In this document: positions 49,882-63,012 of the stretch, one piece after another | Layout of the letters: every line of letters begins with the position of its first letter | Numbering within the stretch: position 1 is the stretch's first letter | Assembly (NCBI RefSeq): GCF_963676685.1 | Contig: NC_092344.1 | Span: forward strand, 22,134,001-22,198,000 | Source of the DNA: Mytilus edulis | Taxonomy: Eukaryota | Reading direction: 5' to 3' | DNA length: 64,000 nt | The notes under the pieces: model-generated | The model's input: only the letters and a program-made list of their open reading frames with translations | What the model was told of the DNA's origin: nothing | Database searches by the model: none | Program-made: the position numbers and the translations under genes

Positions 49882-50110
49882 GGGGGTCTCATTGGGGGGT
49901 TCAGATCCCGCCATGATCCCGCTTACTGTTTTGTCAGATTCCCGTATCCCGCTTACACTATGTACGTAAGCAATTCTCTTTTTTTTGTCATTTCCCGGGT
50001 CCCGCTAGACTTCATTTCCCGTTTTCACGACACAATAATTTGTCTTTCCCGTGTCACGCTTACCAAAAATCGGCAATCCCGCGTCACGCTTAGACCCCAA
50101 TGAGACCCAC
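49882..50110. mobile_element. MITE with 6-bp TSD
   Basis: TIR gggtctcattgggg / ccccaatgagaccc; tataaa duplicated at 49876-49881 and 50111-50116. Confidence 0.8.
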
Positions 50111-50971
50111 TATAAAAACCCAATTAAGATCTAGATATGAAATATAAATGAGAAACGATATATACAAATATCGTTAAGAAACTTGACTGTATCAGTGTTG
50201 GGTAGAGAGTGATTACTCCACGGGATTATTTCCCGCTCATTTATTACATGTACATGTAAACATGTGATAATCAATAGTGCCAAAATCCCTTGCATTGCAA
50301 TGAAAAGCGGGACAATAGATAAAATATGATGTACATGTTGACAATAACTAATACTTTTGAAAAGCAATCGGAAACATGTATCGTATTGTATCACCTATTG
50401 AATGACAACTAGTAACTCGATATGTTGGTACATTTTTGAAACATTCCAACAATGGTTAATGTTAAATGTCTGAAAAACGTTATTATAAGCTTCCTACAAC
50501 TTCCTAGTCCAAATTGTTCTAGCGTTTAAATTTAAGTAGGTCTGCTGCTGCCTTTGCTGAGCTTAGCATAATACATGCATCACAAACGACCAACAGCCAA
50601 CTTAACCGTGAAAGAAGATATACATACAGAGACAAGCAAGTACGAACAATACATTTCAGATACAGCACAGTCATAAAGGAAGAAAAAGTGGAGAGGTAAA
50701 AACTGATTTTTAACGTTTTTCAGACCATAATGGCATTGATGGAATGTTTCAAAAATGTACCAACATATCGAGTTACTAGTTGTCATTCCTTTTGCAGAAG
50801 GATACTTGTTGGCCACTGGAATTAATTCAGAATAGGAAATTATACGGATTCCTGTTCATTAATTTTCATTGAACTTCAAGTACAAAAAGATTTTTTCAAA
50901 TTGTGACTTTTTCCGATTTGCATGAAAATGAAAGAGACCCACCTTTTTGTAGATATAAAAATAGCATATAA

Positions 50972-52803
50972 AATTAAAAACCAATTGTTCAGAGAACAAT
51001 TGAAGGTCTTTCCACTAGTAAAGAGTTATTTTGATATTGAAATATGAAAAATCAGTTTAAAATGTTAGTTCCTATGGCTTTATGATGTATTTATATGAAT
51101 TTAAAGCAAAGGTCAAAATCTAGAACGTCCTTTTAACCTATGACCTTGACCTCAATTTCAAGGTCACAAACCAAGGACCTTAAATCATAAGACCCAAGGT
51201 CTTTAATATGTTTGGTTAATGAGTAATACCACTTTACGCGTAATTCTAAATGCAAGATGGACAAAAACTCCCATTTATTGTATGCGCACCCTTTCAACCA
51301 AAATATACAAGTAAGGACATGTCGCAACTAACAATTTAGGAAAAAATATTTGTCGATATGTCATACGGTATAAGCCAAAATCAAAATTTTAGAATATGAC
51401 CTTGACCTTTGACCTTGACCTTATTTTCATTTTTTTGGACCAAGGATCTCAAATCAAGAGACCCTAGGTCTATATCACTTATGGTTTACCAGTTAGAAAC
51501 GCATATCACCTATATCAAATACATAAGGGGGAATAACTCTCATATGGAGTCTCTGGATAGCTTCGGTCAAAATTAAAATCCTAATCCTGAAGATGTAACG
51601 AGCAATTTGGTAAAATAATTTTGTCGTAATCTTTTACGGTTGGGAAGGAGTAGTGGCCACAAGAAAAACAGTGATTGGGGAGATAACTCTTACAACGTAA
51701 AGTATTTTGTTACGCAGTTGTAAATTTTTAAAGCGTATAAACTATACGATATCATATTCCAAATATCTAAGCGACAACTTATTAAACAACAATACTACGC
51801 AAGAAAAAAATTAGGCGGAAGAAAAAAAAATATAATAATAATAATAATAATAATTAAAAACCAATTGTTCAGAGAACAATTGAAGGTCTTTCCACTAGTA
51901 AAGATCTATTTTGATATTGAAATATGAAAAATCAGTTTAAAATGTTAGTTCCTATGGCTTTGTGATGTATTAATATGAATTCAAAGCAAAGGTCAAAATC
52001 TAGAACGTCCTATTAGCCTACGACCTTGACCTCAATTTCAAGGTCACCAATATGTTTGGTTAATGATTAATATCACTTTACGCATAATTCTAAATGTAAG
52101 ATGGGCAAAAACTCCCATTTATTGTCTGCGCACCCTTTCAATCAAAATATACAAGTAAGAACATGTCGCAACTAGCAATTTATGAAAAATTATTTGTCGA
52201 AATGTCATACGGTATTTGAAAATAAGTGAAAATAAGACAAAATCAAAATTTAGAATATGACCTTGACCTTTGACCTTGACCTTATTTTCATTTTTTGGGA
52301 CCAAGGACCTCAAATCTAAAGACCCGAGGTCTCTATCACTTATGGTTTACCATTCAAAAATGCATATCACTTAATTTAATGGAAAAGGGGGAATAACTCT
52401 CATATGGAGTTTCCGGATAGCTTCAGTTAAAATTAAAATCCTAATCCTGAAGTTGTAACGAGCAATTTGGTAAAATAAATTTGTCATAATCTTTTATGGT
52501 TGCGAAGGAGTAGTGGCCACAAGAAAAACAGTGTTTTGGGAGATAACTCTTACAACGTAAAGTATTTGTTTACGCAGTTGTCAGTTTTTAAAGCGCATAC
52601 ACTTTACGATATCATATTTTAAATATTTAAGCGACATCTTTTGAAACATCAATATTACGAAAGAAAAGAATTAGGCGGAAGAAAAAAAATAATAATAATA
52701 ATAATCAGAACAAAACCTATAGGTCTTTCAACCGAAAGGTTGAAAGACCTAATAATCAGAACAAAAACAATAAGTCTTTCCACAGAAAAGTGGAAAGACT
52801 TAA
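50972..52803 (+). mobile_element. Head-to-tail dimer of a ~880-bp HINE-like element
   Basis: aattaaaaaccaattgttcagagaacaattgaaggtctttccac starts at 50972 and again at 51852; both units end in aggcggaagaaaa(aat)n; the second is followed by two hairpins (ggtctttcaacc gaaa ggttgaaagacc; gtctttccac agaaaa gtggaaagac). Confidence 0.8.
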
Positions 52804-53967
52804 TAATGAAATCAGGCAAGGCAATCTTAACTTTATGTGACATAGACATGTTGATGGAAGAACTAACATTCAGACTGAGTTACTACCATATGATAATTTG
52901 TTGGTTGTTTAACGTCCAGTGGCGAATATTTCATGCATGTTCAACACCAAATTATTACTATATTAGGGGCTTAATAAAAGAGTTAAACTTGAAATAGTCA
53001 TCTATTAAACAGAGAACAAATATAAGATCGATTCTGGAGTAAAATGCTATTTATTTTTTACATATATGGAGGCTTAATGAGAAGATGTAAACTACTCACA
53101 CAGATTTATTGTTAGTTACATTATGGACAACTTTGTGGCTAAACTTTTCTATGCAACTTGTATGCTATTTTAGCTATTTAAACTTTTCCCTTTTTCACCT
53201 TTGCTAAACCACAAAGGGGTGATCTACTTAAAGCAATAAAGTGTAAAGTATATAGACAGTGTGTCATATAAGACTTACCATTTAAAGCAGATTCTATCTA
53301 ATCTTTTAGTCTAATAACACTTGAAAAAGAAGAATATTTCATCCATTTGATATGTATCTTAAGGGTCTTTCTTTTAAGAGGTTGCTGCTTGCAAGAAATT
53401 GAACCACAGGTTCTTAATGGAAAATATGAGTATTTTTTTTAAAGAAGTTGAAGAGACTCAATCTTACTTTGGTTGAGTTATAGAACATCTGTGACCTCAG
53501 ACATGTTTCATAAATCCTGTTCCCTTTCCTTGTTTATGACATCAAAAAATAAATCACCAGAGTTAAGTTGCTTTATAAGCAACAACACAGATGACAAACT
53601 TCTTGCCTTTCAGGGCTCTTAGTTATAAAACTTGACTCATTAGTCTGAAAATAAAATATGCCCTTTAGACACCAAATCCAGTATTTTGATTGGTTGATTT
53701 CTGAGTATGAGCACAATAAATATGCTTGGAATTTTTATGACCACAAGGCACAAGGCCAGATCAGCTGAGTTGACTTTTGAGTTTTTTGGAGGTTTGTGTT
53801 GCTCTATTTTAAGTTTTCAGTGTAGTGTTTTGTGGACTTCTTTTCATTCCCCCCTCTGACAATGGTGTTATCTGTTTTCTTCAATTTGAAGGTTAGTAAT
53901 GTTGTCTTGATACATTTTAAACATAATGCTAGTAAACCAAATCAACAATTTTACTGAAAAACTTTAA

Positions 53968-56900
53968 TCACGTTGGTATAACACTAGCTTTCACTATTTT
54001 TATATCTTCTGCAGGCATATCATTTTCTCTTGTTTCTACAAGTCCTATTCTCTGTACAACCTGCATGCCACTAGAAACACGTCCAAATATTGTATGTTTA
54101 CCATCTAACCACTGAGTGGGAGCTATTGTAATGAAAAACTGACTACCATTTGTATTTGGTCCACTGTTTGCCATTGATAAAATTCCTGCACCTAAAACAT
54201 ACATTAGATGAAATAATTCAAAGTAGCATTTAGAAGACATTAAAATATTTTTTTACATATACATTTATTACAATCTTAATATTCTTGACACAATAATTTG
54301 GATTAGTCTCATTTATATATTGTAAAACCATTAGAATAGTAATATAGAACTTCTAAAAAAATTTTACCAGAAAGACAAAAACACCTTATAGAATTCATTC
54401 ACATTTAGAATTCAATTCATTTGTGGAAATATTGCTAGTCAAACTAAAAAAAACAAAAAAAAACAACATTTAATTTCTGAAGGACACTTCCGGGTGTGGG
54501 AATTTCTCGCTGCATTGAAGACCTGTCATCCTGTTGGTGACCTTCTGTTGGTGTCTGTTCTATGGTCGGGTTGTTGTCTCTTTGACACATTCCCCATTTC
54601 CATTCTCAATTTGAATACTAAGAATTTGAAAAAAAAATAATTTAATATTTAGATAGATATTGGAATTACTACAGAATTACAGACTTATTCATGAATCAAA
54701 GAACCAGTCTACTAGGGAAGATAATTTGTGCATGTATGTTCAAATCAGAGGGAGTTATAAATTTAAAGGATTTTTTAAAATTTCAACCAAACAGCAACTG
54801 TTTGAAAAGACGATTTAGGCTTGAGAATTTTCAGTAACTTGGAGAGAGAAAAAATATATATTTTTTAAGGCATTGCCACATAATTTTTACTTTCATTTTG
54901 CATTTAAAATTGTTTGCAGTATAATTTTGTAGGTCATGTTATATATTTTGAATATGATTTTTGACAAATTTTTTGCCTGAAGTTCTATTTGGGTCAAGTT
55001 GCAATGAAATTTTGTCCATATAAATAGTCTAAATGTATGCTAATATTTAACAAACAAAATCTTCGCCAATGTTTCTTTTCTCTATTTCCCATTTTGATAC
55101 ATAACATTTATCCTGTTGAGCTTTCAATTTCTGCTTGCTTGATTGATAACCGTTTATTTTCTGTGTAAACATAGTTGATTATTGTTGTTGAATGGTCCCC
55201 AAAATCTCTGAAAGTTTGATCTAAATACATGTATTATGCATTTGTTTCAGCTTATTACCTGTATGTTTCAACTCATTTGTGATTTCATCACCAAATTCCT
55301 TTCCATAAATAGAAGCTCCTCCTCTACCTGTAAATAAAGATTTTAATTCTACATTCAAAGATATAAAGAATAATATTTCCAATTAATTTTTTTACCTTGA
55401 AAAAAATCTGAAAGGTAAAATAGATAGTTCCCTGCTCTCACTTCCCTTTATCTTTGGGATGGAGCTGAGTTCAATAATGCCTGACAATTTATTTAAATAT
55501 TCTTTCATAAACTCAGTGAATTGAACATTGATACACGTTACTTTTTTTCTAAATGCATGTCTTACTGTATATATACTAAACATTATTAAGGGGACATAAC
55601 TGTTTAAAATTTAAATAATACAAGAAATGAAACAGTAGACAAATATTTAAATTTTGTTTGAGTAATTGCCTTCATTTGCACTGTAGGTTTAATAAATAGT
55701 GTGAGACATTGTTAACTTCCTAAAGCTAAACATTATTTTTTTTAGAACCTGGTTGTGTCGAAAACTATGAAGAATTATTCAGAACTGACAAAAATTCCTG
55801 TTTATTCAATGCATCTCTAACATGAGTTTAAATCGGTTGATTTGAAATTCAGGTTATCTAATATTTCATAATTCTCAAATCTCAATAAGTCCCTCACATC
55901 ACTTTTTATTTTCTACTCATAAAAATTTATTGTGAAACATAATCCAGAGAATAAAACAAACCTGTTCCTGTAGGATCTCCTCCTTGAATCATAAAATCTC
56001 TGATGATTCGATGAAACTTTACACCATTGTAATATCCTCTTCTGGCTAATTCTGCAAAGTTTCTACATGTGTTTGGTGCATGTTTCCAATAAAGTTCAAA
56101 TGTAACTGACCCTGCACTGAAAAAATTGAAAAGAAAACATACAGTTTTATGTTTCTATGTGCATAATATATGAGAATGAATAATTTATTTATATATTTGA
56201 CTTGCATTTAATAATATGAAGATGTGAAACACAAGTCGAATATATATAAATCAAGGTAAAAAACAAAAAAAAATAGTATTTTAATGAGATCCATGGTGTT
56301 TGTGGTGTTTGGTGGAGAAAAAACTTATTTGTATGTGAACTATTATATAAATTAAACCTTTGTATGTAGCTCCATGACCATATATACTCCTCCCCCAAAA
56401 TCTGCCAATGGGCTACTTATAAGAACATCAACCAGTTTCACAGGTATATTAATTTTTGGAAACCAGGTTTTTTATGTAAGGTTGTTTGGAATTGAAACAA
56501 GCTGAGCCTTTTTTCTTCTCTTTATTTTACAGTTTATACAGCTTAATTCGATATTGAAGATTACGAACTGTTGCATGAGAGGATTATGTGATTAAAAATA
56601 TTAAAATATAGTAAAACAAACTTCAGCTATTTTTTGGAATTTGTAGATTACTTGAATGGTGATATTTACATGAAAGAAACAAAGAGAACAAGTGATTAAA
56701 AATATGTATATTGATATTTATAGAGTTAAATTATGTTTTGAAAACAGTTGATGTCAACTGTTCTCTAAAGGTTTAAATTTTTGGACATGCTTCCAAAAGT
56801 TTTCATGCTTGTGGAAACATGTTCTATTGGATTATTGTTTGTGGGAAAAAAAAATCAATTTTGAACTGTCTTTTGAGGTGGATATTTACCAAAATGATTT

Positions 56901-58538
56901 TCTTGTTCTAGTGACTGTAGGTATAAATGTAGGACTAGCTAGTGTTGGAATTGCAATGAGTCCATGGATGACTTTGTAGAACATAATTATCAGTCTGGTT
57001 TTGAGGCACCACTCAGCAAGTGAGGGGCCATTGGAGATTTTTTAACATAGATGTAACACTACTGGTCTAGTGGTAATTGTAAATACATAATGTTACATTC
57101 ATGGATGACTTTGTAGAACATAAATATCAGTCTGGCTTTAAGGAACCACTCAGCAAGTGAGGGCCATTGGAGATTTTTTAATTTGGATGTAACACTACTG
57201 GTGTAGTGGTAATTGTAAATACATAATGTTACATTCCCGTCTGAATGGTTTTACACTAGTCATTTTTGGGGCCCTTTATTCTTTATAGCTTGCAATTTGG
57301 TGTGAGTCATGGCTTTGTGTTGAAGACTGTACTGTGTCCTATAATGGTTTACTTTTACAAATTGTGACTTGGATGGAGAGTTGTCTCATTAGCACTCATA
57401 CCACATCTTCTTATATCTAACAATATTAACAGAGGGTGGTAAAGAACACGGAAACACATGAAATAAAAATTGCAAAAAATGTAGCACGAAAATAAAGATT
57501 GTGAAAAACGAAGGAGAAATAAATTGTAAATACTAAGAAAAAAAGTAACAAAGTTTATTACTCAGTTGTTCTTGGAGATCATGCAGTCATTTTCAAGGAG
57601 ACCCTGTGGTCACCTTTTAGCTTCTGCTATTTCAGTGCATTCGATTTGAAAAAAACCAACATTATTCATGAGGAATAGGCTATTAATGAAGAGAGCTATT
57701 AATATCTAGGCTGACTTGAATTAGTCACGGGTTTAATTATTTTAAAATCGAATTCAGGACAAGCACGAGCAATAGGGCTCTTCACGGTTAGTTCGGCCAT
57801 ATTGGATAGGGGGCAGATTTTTTGGAAGGAGGTGGAAATGGTATGAAAGTGTGGGAAATCCTATGTGTGTTTCCATGCAACAGCTCTGTTTTAATGATGT
57901 TTTCCCTCATTTTTCACACCATTTTTACCTCTATTATGAAAATCTGCCCCCTATGCAATATGGCTGAACTAACCGTGAAGAGCCCTATTGCTCGTGCTTG
58001 TCCTGAATTCGATTTTAAAATAATTAAACCCGTGACTAATTCAAGTCAAGTTAAGAGTACCGACATGGGAAATAAATAAGGGGAAACACGAACCACGCAC
58101 ATCAAGAAACAAGAAGTAAAACATTGAAACACGAGAACACGTGAAATAAAGAGGTCGAAAAACGTTGCACGAAAATAACCCTTTACCACCCTCTTAACAA
58201 GCTGCTTGCCTCGGTACCATTTAAAGTTTATTTTTGTTTCTGTTTAGATCCCATAAGCTAAAGGTGTATTCAAGTTTTGGTCTCAATATCGATTAGTATG
58301 CATGAGATTTGATATTGGTGTGTGGATACTTTTACTTTTAAAAGGTTTCTCTTCAGGAAGCCACACTTCATTCTTCAGATTTTTTTAATTTGTTTTTGTT
58401 GGTCATTTACACTATTCAAAAATATTTATGATCTGTTAAGTTTGTCGTAAAAACATGGATTGCATACGTTGTGTCGAATGTTACGTTTGGGGGTTGCCAA
58501 GTTTTTGGTGGAATTCCAGAACTTGATGAAAGCGTCAT
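53968..58538 (-). CDS. PPIL1: Peptidyl-prolyl cis-trans isomerase-like 1 (spliceosomal cyclophilin), 172 aa
   Basis: Exons 58538-58468 ([23 protein letters not shown]), 56116-55962 ([45 protein letters not shown]), 55327-55259 ([16 protein letters not shown]) and 54191-53968 ([39 protein letters not shown]); PPIL1-diagnostic WQPPNV and YWKHAP motifs. Confidence 0.96.
56963..57237. repeat. 137-bp tandem duplication in PPIL1 intron 1
   Basis: catggatgactttgtagaacataa...aatacataatgttacattc x2. Confidence 0.85.
57432..58193. mobile_element. MITE with 6-bp TSD, host of a nested MITE
   Basis: TIR gagggtggtaaag / ctttaccaccctc; ttaaca duplicated at 57426-57431 and 58194-58199. Confidence 0.8.
57712..58048. 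mobile_element. Nested MITE with ~110 bp inverted arms
   Basis: tgacttgaattagtcacgggtttaattattttaaaatcgaattcaggacaagcacgagc... is mirrored by ...gctcgtgcttgtcctgaattcgattttaaaataattaaacccgtgactaattcaagtca. Confidence 0.88.
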
Positions 58539-58964
58539 ATTTTAAATTTTCGATTTGTTTGGCTCGTTTTGAATATGAGTAACTTCCCTTTACCGGCGCA
58601 ATTATTTTCGTAAAAACTTGAACTAGGTTTTTATTGTTTTGTAAATAATTGGTATCTTGGATATTTGAATACTAAATATAATCATTATATAATTAATATT
58701 AAGAAACATTTTAATACAATTTGTTCTCATTTAAATTCTCCGAAACTATCAGAAATTTCAAAACAAAGATGACAGGCTTCTGATGCAGATTTACCCTGCT
58801 ATGCAGACTATTAATCGTTTATTTAACTTTAACTCTGAATTTTCTATCCATTCAGTTAACAAATCTTAATTTTAACAGATTTATGACCATATTTGTGTCA
58901 ATAGAGTATTGTAGCAGTACAAATTTATAGGTAATTTTCAGAGAAATAAAGGCCTTTTGACTCG

Positions 58965-59816
58965 TGGGGAGGGGGGGCACTTCAAACTTTTTTTGGTAGG
59001 GGTGAGCAGCTGACACATCAAGTACCCCACCCTTTTCATATATTTTGTTAATCAAAAATATATAACTTGTCATATATTAATTAACAAAAAACAGACCTAT
59101 AGATATATTTCAATATTTTCACCGCTCATCATCACGTTCTTGTTAAGAAGCAAAATAGTCGCAATAATATCACATTCTTTTCCAATAAATTCTTCATATC
59201 TTAAACACATTTTTCTTATTGCCCATTTTACATCTTTCATTATGAAGATATTTCCATTCCAAAATACAATACATATAAAAGACGTTTGGTCAGATCATAG
59301 ATGGTATTACATCTATGGTCAGATAAATAATATCACCCCAGAGAGTAACACCTTCACTGATTTTAACATGTTTAAATATTAATTAAAAACTGATAAAAGG
59401 TTTCCTTGCCGTTCCCTGGTAAAGGACGCTGTCACAATGGAATTTTTAAAAATAATTGTTATCATGTTTTATGTATACAAACCCTTGAATGATAATTAGG
59501 TGCAAATGTCAAAATAGTTGGATTTATTGCATCTATCACTGGCATCAGTGGAAATACCACATCAGAATAAATAGAGTTTAATTGGTTTGACAAATAACTG
59601 ATGCATTTACGACTGTGGTTTAACCGCATCAAGAATAAATGCGGACATCTGATTAGTTTCAGATACTTTTGATATAATCAAGCGAGTGATAATATCAACC
59701 TATTGATATATTTTATCTGAATTTCTCACCCTTTTCATATATCATAGAGCATGAAAAAGTGACCTATTCCAGCGGCTCATCCCTACCACTAATAATATAG
59801 CAAGTGGCCCCCCCGA
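58965..59816. mobile_element. Possible non-autonomous DNA transposon upstream of PPIL1
   Basis: ggggggcactt ... aagtggcccccc imperfect TIR; internal cacccttttcatatat repeated near both ends. Confidence 0.4.
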
Positions 59817-60534
59817 GCCTTTTGAAGGCTTTTTTCACAAAATACTTCACAATCTTCAGAGGCCCCAACCCATTCATAGCTAAACATAACTAACTAGTAC
59901 CTTAAGCCTGACTTTAAACTAACCCTTACACTAGCCCATACCCCAAACCTAGCAAGTGTAACCTATATATGGCTATAACTAACCATTTAACCCTAACCCT
60001 TGCTTTCATGTTGATCCAGCTCCAGTCCAAGTCAATCCATCCCAAGTCTTTCAACCCCCTGGCCCAAGTCGATCCATCCCAAGTCTTGCTGTCGCTAGAA
60101 GATCTGTTTCAAGTCAATCTGGCCCCAATATAAGAAATAATAATAATAAGTACTACAAATAAAGATATTTATACAATTATAATTCATAAATTAAAGGTTT
60201 ACAAATTTTATAATAAAAGGCAGACCATAGGTGTTTGAGGATGGGACCATATTCCCTCCACCTTTATGATTATAAATCCACAATTTCTAATTTATATCAT
60301 TTATTTGTACCATATGTATACGAATTGCAATTTACCATATTTTGACTACATATACATGATTACTATCAATGTGAATGTATCACTGGACTATATAGCTCCG
60401 CTCTATAAATCAAGACCAGGATAATAATATGCCTTCCCTCCTGTACCTCCTGATATTTATATTTCAAATGAACATCCTTTATTTGCTAGTGCCTATTTCA
60501 TTTGTTTGATTTATACAATAACCTCTGCATTGAT

Positions 60535-62931
60535 TTTTTAGCTCACCTGGCCCGAAGGGCCAAATGAGCTTTTCCCATCACTTGGCGTCCGTCGTCGTCG
60601 TCCGTCATCTTTAACTTTTACAAAAATCTTCTCCTCTGAAACTATTGGGCCAAATTAAACCAAACTTGGCCACAATCATCATTGGGGTATCTAGTTTAAA
60701 CTGCCCCTGAACTGGTAATTTTAGGGAATTTTTGCCGTTTTTGGCTATTATCTTGAATATTATTATAAATAGAGATAAACTGTAAACAGCAATAATGTTC
60801 AGCAAAGTAAGATTTACAAATAAGTCAGCATGACCAAAATGGTCAGTTGACCCCTGAAGGAGTTATTGCCCTTTATAGTCAATTTTTAACCATTTTTTCG
60901 TAAATCTTAGTAATCTTTTACAAAAATCTTCTTCTCTGAAACTACTGTTCCAAATTAAACTAAACTTGGCCACAATCATCATTGGGGTAACTTGTTTAAA
61001 AAATGTGTGGCGTGACCTGGCCAATCAACCAAAATGGCTGCCACGGCTAATAATAGAACATAGGGATAAAATGCAGTTTTTGGCTTATAACTCAAAAACC
61101 GAAGCATTAAGAGAAAATCTGACAGGGTTTAATTGTTTATCAGGTCAAGATCTATCTGCCCTGATGTTTTCACATGGATCGGACAACCTGTTGTTAGGTT
61201 ACTGTCCTGAATTGGTAATTTTAAGGAAATTTTGCCGTTTTCTGTAAGATCTACAAATAAGTTTACATGACCAAAATAGTCAATTGACCCCTTAAGGAGT
61301 TATTGCCCTTTATAGTTAATTTTTAACATTTTTCATAAATTTTTGTAAATTTTTAGAAAATATTTTCCACTGTAATTACTGGGCCAAGTTCATTATAGAT
61401 AGAGATAATTGTAGCAACAAGAATGTTTAGTAAAATAAGATCTACAAACACATCACTATCACCAAAACACAATTTTGTCATGAATTTATCCGTGTCCATT
61501 GTTAGCTCACCTGGCCTAAAAGGCCATGTGAGCTTTTCTCATCACTTGGCGTCCGTCGTCGTCGACGTCGTCGTTAACAATTTTTCAAACATCTTCTCCT
61601 CTGAAACTACTGAATGGATTTGAATGAAACTTAGCATGATTGTTCCTTAGAGTATCCTGCACAAAGTGTGTGCTTCGATTTTTGATCAGTCAAAAAACAT
61701 GGCCGCCGTTTCTTAAAATAGAACATAGGGGTCAAATGCAGTTTTTGGCTTATATCTCAAAAACGAAAGCATTTAGAGCAAATCTGACATGGGGTAAAAA
61801 TGTTCATTAGGTCAAGATCTATCAGCCCTGAAATTTTCAGATGAATCAAACAAACCATTGTTGGGTTGCTGCCACTTAATTGGTAATTTTAAGGAAATTT
61901 TGCAGTTTTTGGTCATTATCTTGAATATTATTATAGATAAAGATAAACTGTAAACAGCAAAAATGATCAGCAAAGTAAGATCTACAAATAAGTTAATATG
62001 ACCAAAATTGTCAATTGACCCCTTAAGGGGTTATTGTCCTTTAATGACAATTTTTCACAATTTGTTCATCATATTTGCTAACTTTAAAAAATCTTCTCCT
62101 CTGAAACTGCTGAATGGATTTGGATGAAACTTAGCATGATTGTTCCTTAGATTATCATGCACAAAGTGTGTGCTTCGATTTTTGATCCGTCAAAAAACAT
62201 GGCCGCCGTTACTTAAAATAGAACATAGGGGTCAAATGCAGTTTTTGGCTTATATCTCAAAAACGAAAGCATTTAGAGCAAATCTGACAGGGGTAAAAAT
62301 GTTCATTAGGTCAAGATCTATCAGCCCTGAAATTTTCAGATGAATCAAACAAACCATTGTTGGGTTGCTGCCACTTAATTGGTAATTTTAAGGAAATTTT
62401 GCAGTTTTTGGTCATTATCTTGAATATTATTATAGATACAGATAAACTGTTTATAGCAAAAATGTTAAGCAAAGTAAGATCTACAAATAAGTCAATTTGA
62501 CCAAAATTGTCAATTGACCTCTTAAGGAGTTATTGCACTTTAAAGATTTTTTTCACAATTTGTTCATCATGTTGACTTACTTTAAAAAATGTTCTCCTTT
62601 GAAACTGCTGTATCAATTTCAGCCAAACTTAGGCTAAATGAGTTTTAGAGTTTCAGAGTATATAGTATAAATTTTATATTTCATTTCCTTGTATGTCAAG
62701 AAACATAGCTCCTATGGCTAAAATAGAACATAGGAGAAAATGATTTTTTTTTTGCTTTTGAAGAAAATAGGACGATTCAAAGAACATTTAAATAAATTGA
62801 AAAGCCAAAATAATCATTGATATGAGATTAAACCAAAAAAATTCAGGTGAGCGATTCAGGCTCTTGAGAGCCTCTTGTTTAATATGCACAAGACCAAGGT
62901 GAGCGACACAGGCTCTTTAGAGCCTCTAGTT
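60535..62931 (-). mobile_element. HINE-like family B element (outer), interrupted by a related element
   Basis: Hairpin end tagctcacctggcccgaagggccaaatgagct + (gtc)n; other end ggtgagcgacacaggctctttagagcctctagtt; reverse complement of 22064-23113. Confidence 0.8.
61503..62879 (-). mobile_element. Nested HINE-like element with ~500-bp internal tandem repeat
   Basis: Has its own ends (tagctcacctggcctaaaaggccatgtgagct ... ggtgagcgattcaggctcttgagagcctcttgtt); repeat units start at ~61591, ~62091 and ~62591 (partial). Confidence 0.8.
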
Positions 62932-63012
62932 TTAATTCTTTTAGTACTTTTTTACAAAAATTAAACACAGCAGGTTCTGCAAATTATGTCTGTTGCCATG
63001 GATAATAATATA

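Noticed and set aside
49600-50830. Moderately GC-rich patches upstream of the kelch gene that look like degraded exons
   Set aside because: Stops interrupt the frames I tried and no family could be identified; would need tBLASTx.
59920-60002. taaccct telomere-like motifs
   Set aside because: Only about two scattered units; not an interstitial telomeric array.
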